Shown: positions 58,859-64,000 of the stretch, piece by piece
Numbering within the stretch: the stretch's first letter is position 1
Layout: every line of letters starts with the position of its first letter
IMG/VR virus record: IMGVR_UViG_3300016649_000355
Direction: 5' to 3' (one strand)
Source of the DNA: a virus
Length of the DNA stretch: 64,000 bases
Notes under the pieces: generated by a model
What the model saw: the letters and a program-made list of their open reading frames with translations, nothing else
Databases searched by the model: none
Told to the model about the DNA's origin: nothing
Translations under genes and position numbers: made by a program

Positions 58859-60058
58859 ATGACCACCGATTTTAAAATTAACCATTGCTCATTTTGCAAT
58901 ACTCACAAAGATTCTGTTAAAAAACTCATTGTAGGAGACAGCGTAGCTATCTGTAGTGATTGTCTTGATCTATGCCATAATCTTTTAGAGGAAGAATTAA
59001 CGCTTGACGAACCAAAAATAGAAAAATCCTTTGATCCCATTGAAATAAAAAAATATCTTGATCAACATGTCGTAGGACAAGATCAGGCGAAAATGGTTTT
59101 GAGCGTGGCCATCGCTAATCACTATAAAAGAATTACAAATCCTCCGAAGGATTTAGAGATACAAAAAGGCAATGTGTTATTGATTGGGCCCACTGGATCA
59201 GGAAAAACTTTACTTGCTAAAACGGTAGCAAAATATATAGATGTTCCCTTTGTAGTGGCTGATGCAACATCGTTAACAGAAGCAGGTTATGTGGGTGATG
59301 ATGTTGAAAGTATGATCAGCATGTTAATTAATGCCGCCGGCGGAAATGCTGCTTTAGCTGAGAGGGGCATAGTTTTTATTGACGAGATTGACAAGATTGC
59401 AAGAAAAAGTGAAAGTACTAGTATTACCCGTGATGTATCCGGTGAGGGTGTGCAACAGGCATTATTAAAGTTGGTGGAGGGAACCACATGTAGGATTCCG
59501 GCGGGAGGTGGCAGAAAACATCCCGGTGGAGATATGATCGAAGTGAACACAAAAAATATTCTGTTCATAGCCGGGGGTGCTTTTGTAGGATTAAAAGATA
59601 TTGTGAAGAGTAGAAAGACCGGAACATCCATTGGATTTGGTGCAGAAATTAAAGGAAAAAAAGACAAAGAGTTTGATTTAGAAGAAACTACACCTGACGA
59701 TTTAACTAAATTTGGAATGATCCCTGAATTTATCGGTCGGTTCACCACATCAATCAATGTGACTGATCTTTCCAAAGAAGAATTACTCAAAGTATTGACA
59801 TCCGTAAAAAACAATTACATTGACCAGTACAAGTATATCTTTAGCATAGATGAGATCGACCTTGAATTTTCAGAGGAAGCATTGTCACAAATTGCTGATA
59901 ATTGTTTAAAATTAAAGACCGGGGCAAGGGGACTACATACCGAGATCGAGAAGATACTAATGCCCCACATGTTCTACATTAATAAGTATAAACAAAATAA
60001 TCTAAAAAAGATAAATATTACTCGGGAGCTGGTGGATAATCCAAAATCATTAATATGA
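58859..60058 (+). CDS. clpX: ClpX ATPase
   Basis: C4 zinc finger (CSFC...CSDC), GPTGSGKT, EAGYVG, RDVSGEGVQQALLK, RKHP and IGF motifs. Confidence 0.97.
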   Translation: MTTDFKINHCSFCNTHKDSVKKLIVGDSVAICSDCLDLCHNLLEEELTLDEPKIEKSFDPIEIKKYLDQHVVGQDQAKMVLSVAIANHYKRITNPPKDLEIQKGNVLLIGPTGSGKTLLAKTVAKYIDVPFVVADATSLTEAGYVGDDVESMISMLINAAGGNAALAERGIVFIDEIDKIARKSESTSITRDVSGEGVQQALLKLVEGTTCRIPAGGGRKHPGGDMIEVNTKNILFIAGGAFVGLKDIVKSRKTGTSIGFGAEIKGKKDKEFDLEETTPDDLTKFGMIPEFIGRFTTSINVTDLSKEELLKVLTSVKNNYIDQYKYIFSIDEIDLEFSEEALSQIADNCLKLKTGARGLHTEIEKILMPHMFYINKYKQNNLKKINITRELVDNPKSLI

Positions 60059-60276
60059 GTTTAAAAGGTAGAAAAGTTCTAGTACAAGACAACAATGTTG
60101 AAAAGGCACTGCGAAAATTCAAGAAAAAAATCGCGGATAGTGGACTATTACTTGAACTTCAATTACGATCAACTTATATGAAACCCACTACTAAAAAGAA
60201 ATTAGCCAAATCACAGGCTAAGCGTAGGTGGAATAAGTATCTGAGGTCTCAAGAACTTCCACCAAAAAAATATTAA
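60055..60276 (+). CDS. rpsU: Ribosomal protein bS21
   Basis: VEKALRKFKKK...G...E...YMKPT...AKRR. Confidence 0.88.
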   Translation: MSLKGRKVLVQDNNVEKALRKFKKKIADSGLLLELQLRSTYMKPTTKKKLAKSQAKRRWNKYLRSQELPPKKY

Positions 60277-60324
60277 CCCGTAAATATATTATTTTTTTAC
60301 GAAATACAGTATACTAAATACTGT

Positions 60325-60390
60325 TGTAGATGCCGATGGTCGGGTCTACATTCAACTGTCATTCTTGCTTAAGAAAGGAGAAATGAAATG
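60325..60390 (+). promoter_or_regulatory. ROSE-like RNA thermometer candidate
   Basis: 5' hairpin TGTAGA...TCTACA, then TCTTGCT able to pair with the AGGAG SD of hsp20. Confidence 0.55.
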
Positions 60391-60834
60391 ACAAATCAAC
60401 TTACCCTTCGTTCCTTAGATATCCCATCAATTCACAAATTTGGTATCGGTTTCGATTCCGTCTTTGATGAATTACTTAGAAATACAACTCAACAAGCCAC
60501 AACGAATTATCCACCATACAATGTTGTGAAACATAGTGAAGATAAATTTTCTATCGAATTGGCAGTTGCTGGTTTCAAAGAGGGAGATATCGATGTGCAA
60601 TTAGAGCGTAACCAACTTACTATCAAAGGTGAGCAGGCTACTGATCTAAATACAGAGGTAGAATATCTACATAGGGGCATCAGTGCAAGGAATTTCTTGC
60701 GCACCTTCACACTTGCTGACCATGTTGAGGTCACGGGTGCTGTAGTTTCTGATGGTATCTTAACGGTCAAGCTTGAGCGTATAATTCCTGAAGAGCAAAA
60801 ACCCAAGAAGATTGCAATTACCTATACTAAATAA
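60388..60834 (+). CDS. Small heat-shock protein (IbpA/Hsp20)
   Basis: NYPPYN, IELAVAGF, YLHRGIS.R.F.R.F.L and DGIL motifs. Confidence 0.95.
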   Translation: MTNQLTLRSLDIPSIHKFGIGFDSVFDELLRNTTQQATTNYPPYNVVKHSEDKFSIELAVAGFKEGDIDVQLERNQLTIKGEQATDLNTEVEYLHRGISARNFLRTFTLADHVEVTGAVVSDGILTVKLERIIPEEQKPKKIAITYTK

Positions 60835-60888
60835 TATAGTATCAAGTGTGCGGTAATCATGCCGCACACTCATCAAAGGAAAGAAATC

Positions 60889-61194
60889 ATGGCAGATACA
60901 AACACCAAATCAAAAATTAAACCAAATCTTACTTTGCAGGAGCCGCCCCTATATAAAATCATTTATATGAATGATGATGTAACTAGTATAGAGTTTGTTA
61001 TCAATTCTTTAATTGAATATTTTAACTATAACCATGATACAGCATCAAGCATCACTCATGACATCCATCAAAACGGGAGCGCAGTCGTAGCAGTGCTTCC
61101 GTATGAGATCGCTGAACAAAAGGGCATAGAAGTCACACTAGGTGCCAGGGCTCAGGGATATCCCTTGCTGATAAAAGTTGAGGCTGAAAGCTAA
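60889..61194 (+). CDS. clpS: ClpS adaptor
   Basis: PPLYKIIYMNDDVTSIEFV, IHQNG, YEIAEQK and YPL motifs. Confidence 0.92.
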   Translation: MADTNTKSKIKPNLTLQEPPLYKIIYMNDDVTSIEFVINSLIEYFNYNHDTASSITHDIHQNGSAVVAVLPYEIAEQKGIEVTLGARAQGYPLLIKVEAES

Positions 61195-61892
61195 ATTTCT
61201 AAATTTATTCGTTTAGCCCAATAGTTTGTTGAGCCAAAACAAGGATTACAAAAATAGTTGATATCATTGATTGTGATATCAACTATTTTTTTATATGTAC
61301 CATATGCCCAATACGATACTTTTTTCATAGTATCCGATTCTAAAACTATGTCTATAGGTACCTGATTTTTAACCTTTGCGGGTGTCTCTCCGAAGTATAA
61401 AAAATCATTGGGTACAGAGTTTGAAACAATAATTATTTTTTTAACATCTAAATGTTTTTGTAGGCGTTCTATTGTGTTTTTAAGATAAAGCAAATCTTCA
61501 TAGTATGCCATATTTATAAGTTCATCGATGGCAACCTCTCCTGACGATAATGTATTTTTATACCATCCATTGCTTCCAACTATCGCTATTCCGTCAATTA
61601 CAACAACATTATGATGTAAAAATGCTATATTTTGAAATTGTTCACAAATTCTTGATAAGTGATCTGTTCTAGCATTAATATCGGTTACCCCTTCATATTC
61701 AAGCGAACCCGCAATATAAAAAATGCCCTGATAATGTTTCGATAATTTAGATAAAGCATGATAAACGACATTTGTATTGTTACCTAAATTGCCTGCAATA
61801 ATACAATACAGGCTAGTCGCCTTTTCACTCCAATCAAAATTTACAGAATCAGATAGATTTAAATCACTTATTAAGTCAAATCCTGTCGCCAT
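61191..61892 (-). CDS. Degenerate calcineurin-like metallophosphoesterase-fold protein
   Basis: ISDLNL, IAGNL and IAGSLE in the expected order but with the catalytic His residues missing. Confidence 0.6.
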   Translation of the reverse strand: MATGFDLISDLNLSDSVNFDWSEKATSLYCIIAGNLGNNTNVVYHALSKLSKHYQGIFYIAGSLEYEGVTDINARTDHLSRICEQFQNIAFLHHNVVVIDGIAIVGSNGWYKNTLSSGEVAIDELINMAYYEDLLYLKNTIERLQKHLDVKKIIIVSNSVPNDFLYFGETPAKVKNQVPIDIVLESDTMKKVSYWAYGTYKKIVDITINDINYFCNPCFGSTNYWAKRINLEI

Positions 61893-62209
61893 TACTCTGC
61901 TACAGTAATTTTTGGTTTTCTAGTTTTTTTTGTTGGCGTCACCGGAGCTTCTTCTTTACTTTCCAATACGCCTGAAGTTGTCTTTTCAGCTACTTCAGAA
62001 ACTACATCTGCGGATTCAATAGTAGTCTTTTCATTATCCTGTTTAGGAACATTATTAACTTCAGCAGCGGGTAATCCAGAAGGTTTTGCATATTCAGGAA
62101 TTCCAGAGTTATCAATGATAACTGGAGCTTTTTCTTTTTTACGAAAAACTGTCCAATATAAACCCAATCCACCGATGACTGTGATAGCTAAGATATCAAT
62201 TAATTCCAT
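61892..62209 (-). CDS. Membrane-anchored hypothetical protein
   Basis: N-terminal TM segment; AGGAG RBS. Confidence 0.65.
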   Translation of the reverse strand: MELIDILAITVIGGLGLYWTVFRKKEKAPVIIDNSGIPEYAKPSGLPAAEVNNVPKQDNEKTTIESADVVSEVAEKTTSGVLESKEEAPVTPTKKTRKPKITVAE

Positions 62210-62310
62210 ATTTTTTCTCCTAAAATAATATTTATTTGGTTATTTGTATTTCTTTTATTTTTCCGTCTATTATTAGATTTTTTCAAAAATTTGATAAAAT
62301 AAATATCATC

Positions 62311-62796
62311 ATGAAATCGAAATTAAAACTACTGATGACCGAATCATTGCCCGGAATCACAAAACAAAAAAAACGGAAATTCAAAACGACCCAAAAAGAG
62401 GTCATAGAACTTTATCATATACTCAATAAACAAATATTTGATAACAAATTGATTTTACCTGAAATAATTGTAAAATCTAGATGCAGACAATATTGGGGAA
62501 TGTGTCATAGTATAACTTGGAAACCAATTGCAGGAAAAGTTAATGTAAAAATAATTCTTTCAGACAAATGGTATTGTAAACAATGGCTTATAATGACATT
62601 GGCGCATGAAATGTGTCATCAATATCAGTGGGATATTATAGGTCCAGAAAGAGTAAAAGCAGGAAAATCTCCCATCATGAGTCACGGTCCTAGTTTTTTC
62701 ATACACCGTGATCGTCTTGAAAAATTTGATATACCTTTAAAACGGGCTCACGGAACTAAAAGATGGTTTCAACATCAAAATCTCTTTAAGTGTTAA
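62311..62796 (+). CDS. SprT-like zinc metalloprotease
   Basis: TLAHEMCH and SHGPSF motifs. Confidence 0.85.
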   Translation: MKSKLKLLMTESLPGITKQKKRKFKTTQKEVIELYHILNKQIFDNKLILPEIIVKSRCRQYWGMCHSITWKPIAGKVNVKIILSDKWYCKQWLIMTLAHEMCHQYQWDIIGPERVKAGKSPIMSHGPSFFIHRDRLEKFDIPLKRAHGTKRWFQHQNLFKC

Positions 62797-62826
62797 TCTG
62801 ATAAATACATATTATTGGATAATATC

Positions 62827-64000
62827 ATGAGAGCAAGAGATTTTTTAACAGAAGCCCCACTAGAACCAAGAGAACTTTTTAAGTTAAATTATTTGGATTG
62901 GAGACCCGTAAACTTCTTGAAAAAACTTCAGGAGCTGACACCCTTCGTTGACAAAGATGGCAATGAATATCTGCCTGACGAATCAGAATATGAAAGAATT
63001 GCTCCTATCGTTATGCAGACTATTGATAATCTCAAAAAAGATCCCAATAGTAAGTTGCCTGAGATCAGTGTAAAGATGCAAGATGGATCTACCATTTCAT
63101 TGCGTAAATTAGAGAAAGCTGATTTACAAAGCTCTGCCGGACAAAAAACATCAAAAGTAAATGTTCAACCTATAGGTATAGGAATCGCCACTGCTAAGTC
63201 TGAAAAGGTAAAGGGTAAGCGACAAGAATTAACAACCGACGAAGAAATTCAAAGGGCATTTGATAGCAAAAAAGATATTTCTGCGGGTGATCTTTACAAT
63301 GTGATCATGAGCAACCAAGTATTAGACAATGCAGGTGATCTAGGTAAGGCTGTGAAAGAAACGGCTACCCAGATAGCCAATGGCAAGATTCCAGAAATAC
63401 GACAGTATGACGAAAAGATACAGAATAAACTAGCAATCGACGCCGGGGAATATCTTGGCATATTGCAGATAGTGTTTAATACTGCTATCTTTGACAAAAG
63501 AGAAGCATTCTTGAATTTCTTGAATGCCACTGATTTTAATAATCTATCTATCATATTCCCAGGCGATCAAAATTCCCCATTGAGCGACAGTTACGGTGTT
63601 CAAAATAAAGATACGGGGCATACTATATTGATCAGTAGCAAAGGCGGCAAGGGAAGTACTGCCGCAGGTGCTGCACCAAGCATCAAGGGCCTATCAAAGT
63701 CTATTGAGAAAAGAAAAGGTAAGATCAGGAAGGGAAATGCTCTAGATTTCTTGAACACACTGATCAATGTGTCTCCTACTACTGCGCAAGGATTCGCAGG
63801 AATGAATTGGTTAAATACTTATTACCCCGACGCTGTGCCTGCAAAATATAAAGAACTACTTCCTTTCTACAGTGAAGATGTCAGGTTGATACTCAACAAT
63901 ATCAAGACTAGGGGAACAAGCCCCTTACCTGCAGGATATGAAAAGTTGATAGATACCCCTGGATTAGAAAAAAGTAAAGCCACGCCCGGTGGCAAGATCG
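62827..64000 (+). CDS. Partial ORF running off the window; MRARDFLTE leader, possible PD-(D/E)xK-like nuclease
   Basis: GATAAATA promoter; open frame; DAGEYLG...PLSDSY...ISSKG. Confidence 0.6.
   Translation, partial: MRARDFLTEAPLEPRELFKLNYLDWRPVNFLKKLQELTPFVDKDGNEYLPDESEYERIAPIVMQTIDNLKKDPNSKLPEISVKMQDGSTISLRKLEKADLQSSAGQKTSKVNVQPIGIGIATAKSEKVKGKRQELTTDEEIQRAFDSKKDISAGDLYNVIMSNQVLDNAGDLGKAVKETATQIANGKIPEIRQYDEKIQNKLAIDAGEYLGILQIVFNTAIFDKREAFLNFLNATDFNNLSIIFPGDQNSPLSDSYGVQNKDTGHTILISSKGGKGSTAAGAAPSIKGLSKSIEKRKGKIRKGNALDFLNTLINVSPTTAQGFAGMNWLNTYYPDAVPAKYKELLPFYSEDVRLILNNIKTRGTSPLPAGYEKLIDTPGLEKSKATPGGKI

Noticed and set aside
102..63554. Many short antisense or nested ORFs in the six-frame track (e.g. 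617-892, 5793-6119, 59287-59814)
   Set aside because: They are shadows of well-supported genes on the other strand or frame, with no recognisable motifs.
1..64000. Stop-codon reassignment, as in some large phages
   Set aside because: Conserved genes are full length in the standard code and end in TAA, TAG (e.g. phoH, ligase) and TGA.
1..64000. tRNA or rRNA genes
   Set aside because: Intergenic gaps are short and I saw no cloverleaf or T-arm signature; tRNAscan-SE would confirm.
1..64000. Bacterial chromosome origin suggested by clpA, clpX, dnaJ, rpsU and dps
   Set aside because: The PolB, T4-like RNase H and ligase, TAAATA late promoters, homing endonuclease, many small unknown ORFs and absence of bacterial operon context (no clpP-clpX or dnaK-dnaJ) indicate a phage.

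Overview
A 64 kb, AT-rich, densely coding, mostly plus-strand segment of a large lytic dsDNA tailed phage (jumbo/T4-like type), read in the standard genetic code. It carries replication and repair genes (family B DNA polymerase, likely clamp and clamp loader, RNase H-type 5'-3' nuclease, ATP-dependent ligase, UvsE) and host-like auxiliary genes (phoH, dnaJ, clpA, clpX, clpS, hsp20, dps, rpsU). A 7-deazaguanine DNA-modification cluster contains a TGT-fold dpdA, a dpdL-like gene, folE, queD and queE, but no queC in the window. It is interleaved with glycosyltransferases, cytidylyltransferases, an epimerase, a PRTase and an aldolase. About 7-21 kb is a block of probable capsid-packaged cargo proteins with short leaders ending in Glu and modules joined at (L/I/V)xE sites. 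The most unusual signal is in the 925-aa ORF at 12944-15721: four in-frame copies of a nucleotide-conserved repeat (CAAGGTGTGGCGGAAGG, QGVAEG) separate unrelated modules, and two modules start with hidden Tat or Sec signal peptides right after an LDE site. Also seen: a preQ1-I-like pseudoknot before queD, a ROSE-like thermometer before hsp20, apparently leaderless TAAATA late promoters and strong sigma70 promoters. All calls come from motif reading only; no database searches were run.
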